A stretch of DNA of 64,000 nucleotides from the human T2T-CHM13v2.0 reference genome, Homo sapiens. The first letter of the stretch is position 1, and each line of letters starts with the position of its first letter. The stretch spans positions 7,584,001 to 7,648,000 of the forward strand of contig CP086569.2 in assembly GCA_009914755.4 (NCBI GenBank), in the 5' to 3' direction. The notes below the pieces were generated by a model. That model was not told the DNA's origin, ran no database searches, and saw nothing but the letters and a program-made list of their open reading frames with translations. A program made the position numbers and the translations under genes. This document shows positions 52,651 through 64,000 of the stretch, in pieces.

Positions 52651-55235
52651 TGTAAGTTGAGCATTGAAATATAAGCTCAACAAGGTACTCTTAAGGCATT
52701 AATCTGTTCCTTACCAAAATTCATAAAGAATTATAAAATGTTATTGCTTTTTACATTTCTAAGTCATCATTTTAGTTAAATATGTAATTTATGATAACCT
52801 GGAATTGTATTTCTTTACACAAGGGGTGTTTTAAACCCCTAACATGTAACATCCTTCTCAAAATCAAGCTTTAGCTACAAAATTATCTTTCTTAATTTCT
52901 GGCTTTTGGATGCTACAGAGGGCCCATGGAGTATCCACGAGAGAGTTAAACTGGATTATATGACAGGATTAATTACATAGAATTTCCAAAATGGTGTTCA
53001 ATATTCTTTAGATGATGTTTTGATGACTAATACTAACACATGTTCCAAAATTATGTGGTATTTCTAATATCTGAAGTATATGCTATTATCAACAATTAAG
53101 GTTGTTACAGTATTTTAAACCATAGAAATAATAGAAATTTTTGTCATGTTTCTGACTGTAACTACCCTGGACATTTTCTTATAAACAGATGATTGTTGTC
53201 TTGTTTTAATTTTTTATAAAAGCATTTTCTAATCAGCTGTAGATCTTTGACAGGTGCTCTCACTTGCAGGTTTCTGATAACTTTGGAGTCTGTGACACTG
53301 GCATACAGGAAAAACTTACAGGACTCTTAAAGAGCTAAAATATCCATGAATATCAAACAAAAGAAGTGTTAACTGAATGGACTGGACTAATAGAAAACTG
53401 AAGTAATCTTTTTGCCTTTTACATGAAACATTACTGATTCTTGTATTGTTTACCAGAGTCAAGGAAACAGCCATTAATATTTGAGTAAGGTGTACTCCTG
53501 TGTACACAATTTGAAACATGTTTGTCTTTCTCTGCAGGGTTTTTCCAGAATTTCAAAAATAGTTGTGAGTGTTCTTAACTTATGGCAATATAGGTGTTTG
53601 CATCAGAGCAATAATAGTCCAATTTCTTTTCCAACAGAAGAGAACTGGAGAAACTGTTTTTTTACCAAGGCCTTGACTGAAAAAGAAGCTTCCCTGTAAG
53701 GAGTCAAGTTCAACTTGCAGAGCCAAGAACACTTCGGTGGCAAAATTGGCTTCACACCTCATCTAAACAGTCCTTTAGCAGGGTTCCTTATGTGTGGTAA
53801 GTAAAGAATGACATTACTGAGAGGCCCAACAGCTCCAACTTTATGTTGGGACCATAAGGAGAGAATCACCCAACTGAAAAGTATTTGATGGTACAAACCC
53901 ATGGCTGGGGTTGACTTTAGAAAGTCCTGTCTGAAATTTCTTGTGGAACAGAGGTCCATCAAAGCCAATATAAAAGACTTATACAGAAATATTTATTCTT
54001 GCTGCACTTTATGAAAATAATAAGGTCAAGTATAAGAGTAAAGTTTGTCTTACAAACAACTCAGTCCTATCTTGATTTGTTTTTTTTAACAGAAAAGAGG
54101 ATTGGATAAAGATAATATTTCGCAATTTATTATAGATTTGTCATTATATTTTAAACGCATTGGTTTTGAATTTTTGCCTACATTTTAGAACAATCCTGCT
54201 TATTTCTGTGACTCAACTAGTGATCTTCAACTGCAGCCCCCCCGCCCCCCACACACACACAAAAGGAGTTGGTAATGTAAACATCTGGATTAACATTCTA
54301 GTTCTGGACAATTTTCCTGCAAATTCTGCAGAGTGATGGGAATAAATAAAGTGCCCACCCAAATTTTATAACTACAACGGTAGCCACTAGTTTCCTCAAT
54401 GTGTCAGTCATTCTTTTCTCTTCCTTATGGAAGAAGAACTCAATTCCACAACTTTATCTTAGCATTCAGCTCGTGATAAAGAGTCCATACAATGCCCTGA
54501 GACAAATTTTTCTCCCAACCTCAATTCCAAGCTTCTGGTTGACACTGTAGAAAAAAATAGAAAATTTGAGAAATCCAGAGGCAGGTGATAACAGAGGTAA
54601 ACAGCATGGTGCAGGTGAGCATAATTAATTTCCACTGATTAAGCCAAGCCTCTGATTTCATGGATAAAGATTATGCTACTATCCATACTATAAATGAGGT
54701 CTAGTGAACTCCAGAACTACCAACAGCAGGGGAGATAGGGAACATGTGGTTAAGAGCAGATATTTCCACCCCCCAGGCCTCCCTGTTAACACTATTCAAA
54801 GCTGCCTTGACACCCATGGGTGGCAGCCTGTTACAATCACTGGGACTTGGGTATACAAGGATTGAAGTGGGAAAAATAATATTCCTTCTCTTATAGCTCA
54901 ACATACTCTGGGAATTTGCTAGGAAGAGAAAAGAACCAGGGACACCTGCTCCTCTCTCTCTTTCTAGATAAATAGTCATTCATCTTTAGTCTATACCCAT
55001 TTTGAATGCATCCTGAACCCTTAGAATGCCTTTGAAAAAATGCTTACTTTTCATTTTTTCTCCTCTGTTTGCTGTTTACAGAGAGGTAATCACGTCTCCA
55101 TACTTTGGGTTGTTCCACTTCAATGCATCCTCCAAGTTTGGAAGAGTTAATTTCCAAAACATTAAACTGGATGGCTTAGGATTGGACCCAGGAGAAAAGA
55201 ACCCAGAAGACTGATATGCTGTCCAAAGGGTAAAT

Positions 55236-55262
55236 TTTTGTTTGTTTGTTTGTTTGTTTGTT
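55236..55262. repeat. (TTTG)n microsatellite
   Basis: tttgtttgtttgtttgtttgtttg. Confidence 0.95.
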
Positions 55263-57104
55263 TTCCCTGTTGGGCTTTTGGCATCCCTCTCCCTATGCAA
55301 ACTGGTGAAAGACCTTGAATTTTTTGAACTGTCCATTCAACTTTTCCCTTGTTTCATTTAAATACGTGTTTCTTAATTACCCAGTTTGATTCTCTTCACC
55401 TTCAGGCTATCAAACTTCAAAGAGTCACACTATCAGAGCAAGAATTCATCTTACAGGTTCTCTCAGAGGCTGGCTTCAGTTTTTTCTTCTTTTAACCCTT
55501 TGATGAGAATGCAGTGTCTTGGCTGGTGCTGGTGTATTGGAAATTGTAGATATTGTGCCTGTGCTAAGATACCTCTTATAATCTTTGTTAAAGAGCAGGT
55601 TAGCACTTTTAGAAAAACATGTGCTTTTAATATCCAGTTTACAGACTGTATGTCACCTTTATTGCCTGCTTTTGCCAAACCCATGTCTCCCTGGGTTGGC
55701 TAGGGGCACACGTTCACTGGAACCCTCAGGTAGCCTGTTGATCCTTCCTCCAATGCAAAGTGTCAGTAAGGTATCACCCAAGTTTCCTCCTAAAATGTGA
55801 TTTCAGGAGGTCACAGAAGCACATTCTGCTCTAACTTATTGACTAATTAATCAATAATTCACTTAATGTTTCAAAATGGCTGTGAACCTTGACACTCTTG
55901 ATCTCCTTCCTCTAGTAGGGCTGTATTGGTGGGAGCCATCCTGATTTATTTGTGGAAAAACTAGCAGGTAAGGCAGGGTAGGAATAGGTCAAACCACCTA
56001 GGCCGGCATCCCTCAGGGCCCTTTGAGTCCTCTGCAGGCAAGCGGGCTCAGTGGAGTTCCAGGAACTTTATCTACTTTGGTGCCCAGAGACCCTAGCTGG
56101 ACCCCCAAGACAGGACTACTCCTTCAGCAACCTGCACCTACTGGTATCTAGGAGGCGAGCATCCATTTATCTTTGTGAATGTGGCCTTCTGCTTCATTTC
56201 CATTGGTTGTTCTCTTGGAAGAAGTGCCTAGGGAATACTGGGCCTGTGTTGGAGGTTTTCTAAGTGCAAAAGTCAATAAGAAAGTCTTAAAATATAATTA
56301 TAGTATTTTCTGCATATTTCTATCTCAGAGTTACTTTTGCTCAAAAATGTGTAAAAACATATATTAAAAAATTTACCCTTCACATTATTTTAATTAAGTC
56401 ATCATACAAACCTTTATTTTCCTGAAATTTATTTTCATGCCAATCATTGAATTTTTGTTTCCTTCATTGTTTAGATTATTACCTGTTTTAGAGGCAAAAT
56501 TTAAATAAAATAATATGCTACACAAATACTAACAGATGACACCAATTTATTTAAAATGTAATAGGATTTCTTAAATGAGTAAGTAATTTCAGTAAACTTA
56601 GTTTATGTTACTTGCATAAATTATTTTACATCTTATTCTTAATATTAAGAAAAGATATTTAGGCATGCAATGCACTTGACAAATTTTTAAATTAGGCAAC
56701 TTAAAACATTGTATTGGACATGATAAGTAATACTATTCTCAAATATTTTATTTTAGATGTTAACATACCTGACAATTGATATTCATATTATCTATGAAAG
56801 TGACATTATGAACATACTTATATAGTTGCCAAAATTTAGAAGAAAAAATCTATTCTGGTCTTCAGTAGTAATATTTAAAGTTTACAAAAATGAGATTAAA
56901 TTTACTGCCTGCATTACCCACCAAAACTCAAACAGATTCATTTACTTGTTCTTTATCTTTCAGTATCTGAAAAAATATTACCAACATTACTGGGTTTTAC
57001 TACTGGCAGAAGCCGGGTTTTCATGGAGCCTGATGCAACATAACCACTCTTTATGTATCAGTAAACTGCCCAAAATCTACCCAGAACTGAAGACACATTG
57101 AAAC

Positions 57105-57332
57105 CTCCCCACCTCCCGGTTTCAAGTGATTCTCCTGCCTCAGCCTCCCGAGTAGCTTGGATTGCAGGCGCCCACCACTACACCCAAATATTTTTTTTGT
57201 TGTTGTATTTTTAGTAGAGATCGGGTTTCAGTATATTGGCCTAGCTGATCTCGAACCCCTGGTATCTGGTGATCCACCTGCCTCAGCCTCCCAAATTGCT
57301 GAGATTTCAGATGTGAGCCACCACACCCAAAC
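57105..57332 (-). mobile_element. Alu fragment lacking its 3' ~70 nt and A-tail
   Basis: cctcccggtttcaagtgattctcctgcctcagcctcccgagtagcttggattgcaggcgcccaccac…cctcccaaattgctgagatttcagatgtgagccaccacaccc is reverse-complement Alu. It starts inside the right arm, with no poly-T on the plus strand. Confidence 0.9.
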
Positions 57333-60300
57333 CAAAGAATGCTTTATGAAATTTTCTGAAGAGAAAATTAAATGTTATATCCACAGTTGACAACAAACGG
57401 ACAAACAAAAAATGTAGAATTAGCCCAAGATTATTCTAAGCAAAGCACAATAAGATTTTAAATAAATGAGTTTAATAGAAAGCTGAGGAAATAGAATTGC
57501 TTTCAAAATCTGTGAAGTTTTTTTATTTTGTGGTAAGTTATCGACACTTGTAAAATTATCTGTTTCATTCTAATATTTTTGTTTTCTTCTCAAAGTAGGT
57601 ACAGAGCCAAAAATAACTATGATTACTTGCTATAGATCTGTTACACACCCAAAGTTTATTTTACAGTAATATATATTTTACTTTTAAATTCACGTAAATG
57701 AAAACTAAAGGTCTTTATGTGTTTAGCAGACCAGAGATGTCACATGTTTAACAGAAAAAAGTAGAATAAAATTTTGTAAACTGTTGTTGAGAATTCAGAA
57801 GAAAGTAGCACCATTATACTGATATAATTTCCATTAGAACCATCATAATAACCTTTAGTTACAAGAAAAACATAAATTTAAGTTGTAGAAACCATATTTT
57901 CCAAATTATTTTAAGTTAAGGACCACTGACAAAAGAATCACTAGAGATGTTATTTCACTGTCACCCAATAGTATATTGTTACCATGTGTTACCTACAATC
58001 TTGAGTAATATAGGATAAGTTAACATCAGTGGCAAGACACACATTTAATGTAAAATAACCTCAACATACACACACACAAAAACTTCTGGTTAATTAGAAA
58101 AAATTAAGTCCAAGCATTGTCATTGAAAAGGTATTTTGAAATTCACTGTATTTTAATTACCTTAATTTTCAAATGGTAAAGCAATTTTCCTCTAAAATTC
58201 AAATTTTTCTGATACTATGTATAATATTATCCTGATCACTTACCACACTCCCATCATCCTGTCACTATGATACTGTTATAAACCAACCAATAATTGGACT
58301 TTTCACTTAGAAATTTCTCATGTGTCTTAGATTTCAGTTTTCTTAATCTTCCATCACAAAATATATACATTTGTACATCTAATATGGAAGAACCTCTCGT
58401 AACTCTGGTGCAGCAATCATTCTCCATGTTTTTTCACATAAATTCTAGAAATGAAGACACAGGAAGATATATAAGAGTTAAATTACATCAATATTTGCTT
58501 TTGAAAAAATATTAAATTATTTTAATATAAAAATGTTGTTTCTATTATAGGAAAGTGATCAAGATTGCTGAATAGAAGCAGCTAGCCTGTGTAGTTCTCA
58601 TAGAAAGAAATGTAAGGTGTGCATAAATACATCACCTTCAACTGAAACTTCCAGGTACTTGCATTGGGAACAATCAAACAACTTAAGTTATGGAGAATGG
58701 AATAAAGCAAGAAAGGACAATAGGCCACCTGGGAGCAACATGAAGCCAAGAAAACCTCCACATTCAATGAAGCAGTGGGTATATATATGACCCTGGGAAT
58801 CCATGATTCTCCCACAGATCTTTGCAGCTGTCAGGTAAGGAGATCTATTCATGTACCTGCTTCATCAAGATCTTCAGTTTAACATACAGAAATAAATGTA
58901 GTCTCAAGAGATCAGCTACTGAGGCCCTTGCAGAGATTCAAAAGCCTTAGGTAATTGGGCTTTCCAGGCTTCCCAGAAAAAGTAGTTGCAACTCGAGCAA
59001 AGGAGGATGCAACACTTCTGTAATTACCCATAGAAAAGAGGCAGAATCCAGGAGGTTGAGCATTGATGATCTATAGAACTCATGCCCACAGTGCCCCACA
59101 GTGTAAGACTTACTGGCTTAGCATTCTGCTCAACCATTGGCAGTAGCACTATACCTCCCTGAAATGGAGAGGAGGACCAGAAAGTCGAGTGGGACACCAC
59201 CTACCAGAAAGTTGAGTGGGACACCACCTTAGCTGCTTGGGCAACTTAGCCCTTCCAGCCTTCAGATTTTAAAAAGCCCAATCTGACATAGGGCAGAATC
59301 TCCTAGCACAGTACAAATGCCCTAAAAAGACATGGTCAGACTCCTTATTAAATCAGGTCCCCAATCTCATTTCTTAACACTGGAAAGCACTTCCTAACCA
59401 GTGTGTCCAGTTACCACCATTGGTGCTGTTTGGTCGATGGAATTTTGAAATATCTTCGGGATATATTTCCTAGAGGAAAGAGTGAGCAGCAATTTTTCCT
59501 ATGTGTATGACTTAGCTCTTCCAGCCCTCTGGCTTTAAAGAATCCAAATAAGCTGGGGATGGAAGTGGTACCTCTGCACATCAGAGATGTACTAAAAAAA
59601 TGTGGCTAGACTGCCTTCTTATGTGGCTCCCCAATAATGTTCTCCTTACTGAGTAAGAAATTTCGACAAGAGATTCCAGCTACCTCCTACAGGTGCTATT
59701 GAGCTGGAAAGCGGTCTATAACTCCCTAGGATAGAGCTCCCAGAAAAAAAAAAAGTGACACACTGAAATTGTTTAGTTTTGCAGCATTCACTGGTGGTAA
59801 CTTCAAATACTGGAAAATCTGAGGTGACTAGGAATTTCAGTGGACTGCTAGCACACTGAAGCAGCCCTTCAGAAAAGTGGCCAGATTGTTATGAGATTGC
59901 CTGTCTTCATATATTCTCACTGGGCAGGTTCTCCCAGCCTGGGCCACTAGCCAATCACTGCCAGAGCTATTGAGACAGTAGCAACTTAGCAATTCCCTGG
60001 ACAGAGATTATAGCAGCAACTGAAAATATTTCTGCCACTGCCTCTGCAGTAGATGTGTCCTTGCTACACTCAGACTAGTGAAAAATCCAAAACCCTAAGT
60101 GCCTTATTCAAACAGCAAACAAGCTGCAGTTTTCCCAAGAAGAGGCCAGTCCATTCACCGTGGGTCCCACAAACTACCCACTGCTCCTCACCATCCCCTA
60201 ACTTGACTAAAATCACAGATCCTCCATCATGGGCTGACTGCATTGAAGTATTGCTGACCTACATCTCTCTGAGATGCAGCCTCCATAAAACAAGCAAATG

Positions 60301-61419
60301 AAATAAACCTCCAGAAAACAAACAAAGCAAACAAGGGCAGCAAGCTAGCTCATTTGGTGACCAGAGGGTTTGGTGCAAGAGTATCTGTAGTAAATTGTGG
60401 CTAATGATGGCCATTTCTGTAGGATCAAGTTTTTCCCATAAGAGACTTTAGCCCTAGGGAACTGTTGGACCTAATTACTGTACTATAGCCTTGCAAATCA
60501 GAAGCTTATCCAACTGAGTACTCCTTGGTTTGCTGTCCCCTCCCAGGCACCCAGTCTGGCACCCAGATCCTTGCAGGGAAGTCTCAGGCACACTGGGAGC
60601 CCATACGATACCATCTGCAAGGTGGGTCACACATGATGCTTGAAGAACTCCAGCTAGGCAGCCCACGTGATTGCAATAGCCCACGTGTTTCTTTCCTACA
60701 CTGCAGCTTCCTATGAAAACATGGCAACTCCTTATATTACTTTGCTGGCACATGTCTTGAAAGCAGATTTGTCTTTGCTTTGCCAACCAGCAAATGGAAA
60801 TGCAGTATGGTCCTGCCACCCCAGCAACTGCCATTGTATATAAAGCTTTGGTGGGCATAGAATCAAAAAGCCTCACCACTACCTTTGTGCTAACACTTTG
60901 TAGAGAAAAGGATATGCTCCCACACTCTGAACAATTACTTCTCCTTTGGGGGGCAAAAATAAGGCTTCAAAACTTCTTTGGCCAGCATCCTGCCATATGC
61001 TAACACCACCTTTTGTGCAACAGCCCACACAGTCTCCAGCAGGTACACCTACTCCTATCCCAGCTACTTTGCTCCCACTACTGAGATGAATAACCAAAGA
61101 CAGGCAGAAACTCCGTACACACTAGCACTCTGCTGAAACTGCAGCAACTTAGTCCCAGAGTGGCAGACTCCAAATATCAAAGAGACAGGGAAGAGAATTG
61201 GGTCTCAATACAAATTGCCCTCATTATGCAGACTCTGAGTTGTGAGCTGAGCATTTCCCCCATCCCCACTACACACACACAGATGCATAAAGAAACCTCT
61301 CCCAGGAAGAAGGACTGTTGGATGAAAACACCTTATGCCACAATCAAATACTCAAGAATATCAAAAAGAAAAACAAACAAGCAAACAAAAAAAACCCCTC
61401 AATCAAAGTTCAACAACCC

Positions 61420-62425
61420 CAAAGATATGTCCACGAAGATGAGTCAAAATCAATGCAAAAATATTGAAAACAAAAATGCCAGAGTGACTTGTTTCATCCA
61501 AATAACCAAATCACGTTTCCAGTATGGCCTAAGATGACAGAAGTAGAATTCACAATGTGGAAAGAAATAAACTTCACTGAGTTACAAAACTAAGTTGCAA
61601 ACCAATGCAAGGAAGGGAAAAATGCAGAAACTGAGAGATAAAACAGCCAGTCTGGAAGAAAATGTGGCCAACGTGATAGAGCTGGAAAACGCAATTCAAA
61701 AACCTTATAATTTATTCAAATATTAACTGCAGAATAAGCCAAGCAGAGGAAAGAATACCTCAGACCTTCAAGACTGGCTGTCTGAAATAATACAGATAAG
61801 AATAATGAAAAAAAGAATAAAGAGAAATGAACAAAACCTCTGAGAAAATATTTAATTTTGTAAAGAAATCAAATATATGATTAAAGAGAGTGCCGGAAAG
61901 TGATGGGGAGAATGAAAACAACTTGAAATACATATTTTGGTATATTATCCATGAGAACTTCCCCACCTAGATAGCCAGGAAGACATTCAAATGTAAAAAA
62001 TGTGGAGAACCCCAGTAGGATACCCCATGAGAAGGTGATTTGCAAGACATAATCATGAGATTCTCCAATGTCAAATTGAATGAAAAAAATTATTAAAGGC
62101 AGCTAGGGACAAAGGCCAGGTCATCTCTAAAAAAAGAACCCTTCCAACAAACAACAAACATTTCAGATGAAATTCTACAAGTAAAAAGAGATTATGGATC
62201 AATCTTTAACATCCTTTAAAAAAGAATTCCAAGAAAGAATTTTATATCAGACCAAAGTAATCTTCAGAAGTAAAAAAATAAATATGATCCTATGTACATA
62301 ACTAAACACTAAGGAAATCTGTTACCACAAGACATTACTTACAAAATTTTCTGAAGAAATCACTAAATAAGAAAAAGACTGTTGCTGGTCACTACAAAAA
62401 CACATGAAAATACATAAACTGCTGA
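61420..62425 (+). pseudogene. L1 ORF1 remnant (disrupted)
   Basis: Nucleotide-level homology to L1 ORF1, as above. Several stops in the ORF track. Boundaries approximate. Confidence 0.6.
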
Positions 62426-62472
62426 CACTATACCACATAAACAAATGTGCAAAATAGCCAGCTAAGATTATA

Positions 62473-62845
62473 GTGACAGAAACAAATCCACACATATGAA
62501 TACTCTCCTTAAATGTAAATGGACTATATGCCCCAATTAAAAAGTTGATGATAAGCTAAATACAGTTTTAATATCTAATGGTATGCTATAATTGAGAGAC
62601 TCATATCAAATAAGTTCAAAATAAAGTGAAAGAGGTGAGTCTACCAAGCAAATAGAAAACAGAGAGAAGCATGGTTTGCAATCCTAGATTCTGTCAAAAC
62701 AGACTTTAAATCAACATAGATTTAAAAAGACAAAGAAGGGCATTACATAATAGTAAAGAGCTACATATCCATCCAACAGAAGAGCTCCCAGATTATAAAG
62801 CAAATACTTAGAGACCCTCCAATATGTTAAATTAAATGTTCTTCA
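62473..62845 (+). pseudogene. L1 ORF2 N-terminal (endonuclease) remnant, truncated after ~125 codons
   Basis: gtgacagaaacaaatccacacatatgaatactctccttaaatgtaaatgg aligns to ATGACAGGATCAACTTCACACATAACAATATTAACTTTAAATATAAATGG. The initiator ATG is GTG here. Confidence 0.7.
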
Positions 62846-62849
62846 ACTG

Positions 62850-63935
62850 TAATCCCCTTTACATTGCATTTGTTCGGTATTGTTTCTGATGTTTAACACA
62901 ACATGAAGACTTGTTAGTAGGTTTATCACATTTTTAGCACCTGTAGAACTTCTATCTAATATGAATTATTTTAATGTTTAAATGAGGTGTGAAAACAAGC
63001 TCAATTCTTTTCCACACTCTTCACATTTTTGGGGGGTTTCTGTTCAGTGTGAATTATCTTATGATTAGTAAGGTCTGAGAATCACTGAAATGTTTTATCA
63101 CATTCTTCACATTTGTAAGCTCTCTTCCATATGAATACTTTTGTTGTTAATAAGGGTTGAGGAGCAGGTAAAGGCTTTGCCACATCTACACAGATGTAAG
63201 GTTTCTCTACAGTATGAATTCTCTTATGTTTACTAAGGGTCAAGAACCACGTAAAACTTTTCAACATTTATCACATTTGTAAGATTTATTTCCAGGATGA
63301 ATTATCTTATGTTTATTTAGGTCTGAGAACCACTAATAGGGTTTATAACATTCTTCCCATTAGTACAGCTTCTCTCCAGTATGAATTATCTTATGTTTAG
63401 CAAGTTCTGAGAAGCATCTAAAGGCATTGCTACATTCTTTGCATTTGTCAAGTCTTTCTACAGTGCAATTTCTCTTGAGTTTAATATGGGTTGAGGAACA
63501 GGTAAACTTTTTGCCACATTCTTTCCACTTGTAGTATTTCTCTCCAGTATGAACTTTCTTATTTTCAGTAAGGTTTGAGAAATTTTTATTGCATTTGCCA
63601 CTTTACTTTACATTTGTAACATCTCTTTGTAGTATGAACTTTCTTCGTATAGTAAAAACTGCAAACATCCTACTGTCTTTGCAACATTTTTCACATTTGT
63701 AGCATTTCTCTCTGCCAAAAATTTTCTAATATTAAGTGAATATTGATCAGAACCCTAAAGCTTTACCATATGTATTACATTGACAGGGTTTGCTATGGGT
63801 AGTTGACAAACCTTGATGAAGCCCATTGTAATTGCATTTCTGCCATATTGGGGGAAATTCAGCCAGATATTGGGTGAAATTCATGCCAAATATTTCACGT
63901 AGGTTATTTTCTATATTTGCTAAGTGTTGGCCAGT
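62850..63935 (-). pseudogene. KRAB-ZNF (ZNF91-family-like) zinc-finger exon remnant: spacer plus C2H2 fingers, several stops and frameshifts, 3' part missing
   Basis: The minus strand reads …YKCEKCCKD…HTGEKYYKWKECGKKF…SKHKRIHTVEKPYICVDVAKPL…YKCEECDKTFQ…KCEECGKELSLFSHLI… with in-frame stops. The upstream spacer (…gtaaagctttagggttctgatcaatattcacttaatattagaaaatttttggcagagagaaatgctacaaatgtgaaaaatgttgcaaagac) is nucleotide-homologous to the ZNF91 exon-4 spacer, as I recall it. A candidate splice acceptor tttatttctcag|ACTGG lies at minus-strand 63935, so the upstream exons would sit beyond the window end. Confidence 0.8.
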
Positions 63936-64000
63936 CTGAGAAATAAAGGGACAGAGTACAAAAGAGAGAAATGTAAAGAAGCGTGTCCAGGGGAGACATC

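Larger units (their letters stand above)
58550..62845 (+). mobile_element. L1 (older primate L1PA/L1PB-like), intact 5' end, long ~2.8 kb 5'UTR, cut off inside ORF2
   Basis: The 5' end ggaaagtgatcaagattgctgaatagaagcagctagcc matches the L1 start GGAGGAGCCAAGATGGCCGAATAGGAACAGCTCC. ORF1 C-terminal homology: …aagaataaagagaaatgaacaaaacctctgagaaaata…gaaagtgatggggagaatg…atccatgagaacttcccc… ORF2 endonuclease N-terminus: …ctccttaaatgtaaatggactatatgccccaattaaaaag…tggtttgcaatcctagattctgtcaaaacagactttaaa…gaagggcattacataatagtaaag… Homology stops at ~62845. The 3' boundary is good to about ±10 bp. Confidence 0.9.

Noticed and set aside
60475-61537. ORFs inside the L1 5'UTR (134 aa on the minus strand, 125 aa on the plus strand); I considered the antisense L1 ORF0
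   Set aside because: They sit ~2 kb into a long, old-family 5'UTR, not at the L1PA ORF0 position, and show no recognisable similarity.
1-64000. Prokaryotic defence or novel-system island as suggested by the prompt
   Set aside because: The window contains Alu, L1, an ERV provirus, satellite DNA and a C2H2-ZNF exon, all of which mark primate nuclear DNA. No operon-like gene arrangement exists.

Overview
This window is primate (human-type) nuclear DNA, not a prokaryotic locus. Alu, L1, a HERV-K(HML) provirus and KRAB-ZNF zinc-finger sequence are all present, so no CRISPR array or defence system is expected, and I found none. I also found no intact protein-coding gene. About 43 kb (positions 1 to ~52650) is a tandem satellite array of ~68-77 bp monomers. 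By eye it is beta-satellite (BSR/Beta)-like, with recurring cores ATATGTCACAAT and AGAGTCACATCACCT. The monomers are stacked into a canonical ~4.7-4.8 kb higher-order repeat (HOR) with several structural variants of ~2.5, 6.5, 8.0 and 10.3 kb. Three things interrupt the array. First, a 9.3 kb degenerate HERV-K(HML) provirus on the minus strand (24550-33859), with both LTRs, gag-pro-pol-env remnants, a polypurine tract and a reconstructable pre-integration site. Second, an Alu whose A-tail has expanded into a 220-bp (GAAA)n microsatellite (36020-36511). Third, an unclassified ~355-bp non-satellite insert (18795-19150). Beyond the array lie ~6 kb of AT-rich unique sequence, a truncated Alu, an old L1 with an intact 5' end but cut off inside ORF2 (58550-~62845), and directly next to it a degenerate ZNF91-family-like zinc-finger exon on the minus strand (62850-63935). 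This satellite-plus-KZNF layout resembles the known 19p12-type KZNF/beta-satellite clusters. The best candidates for follow-up are the unusually diverged, apparently static HOR array with conserved GTCACA boxes, the provirus integrated into a satellite monomer, and the L1/ZNF deletion junction.
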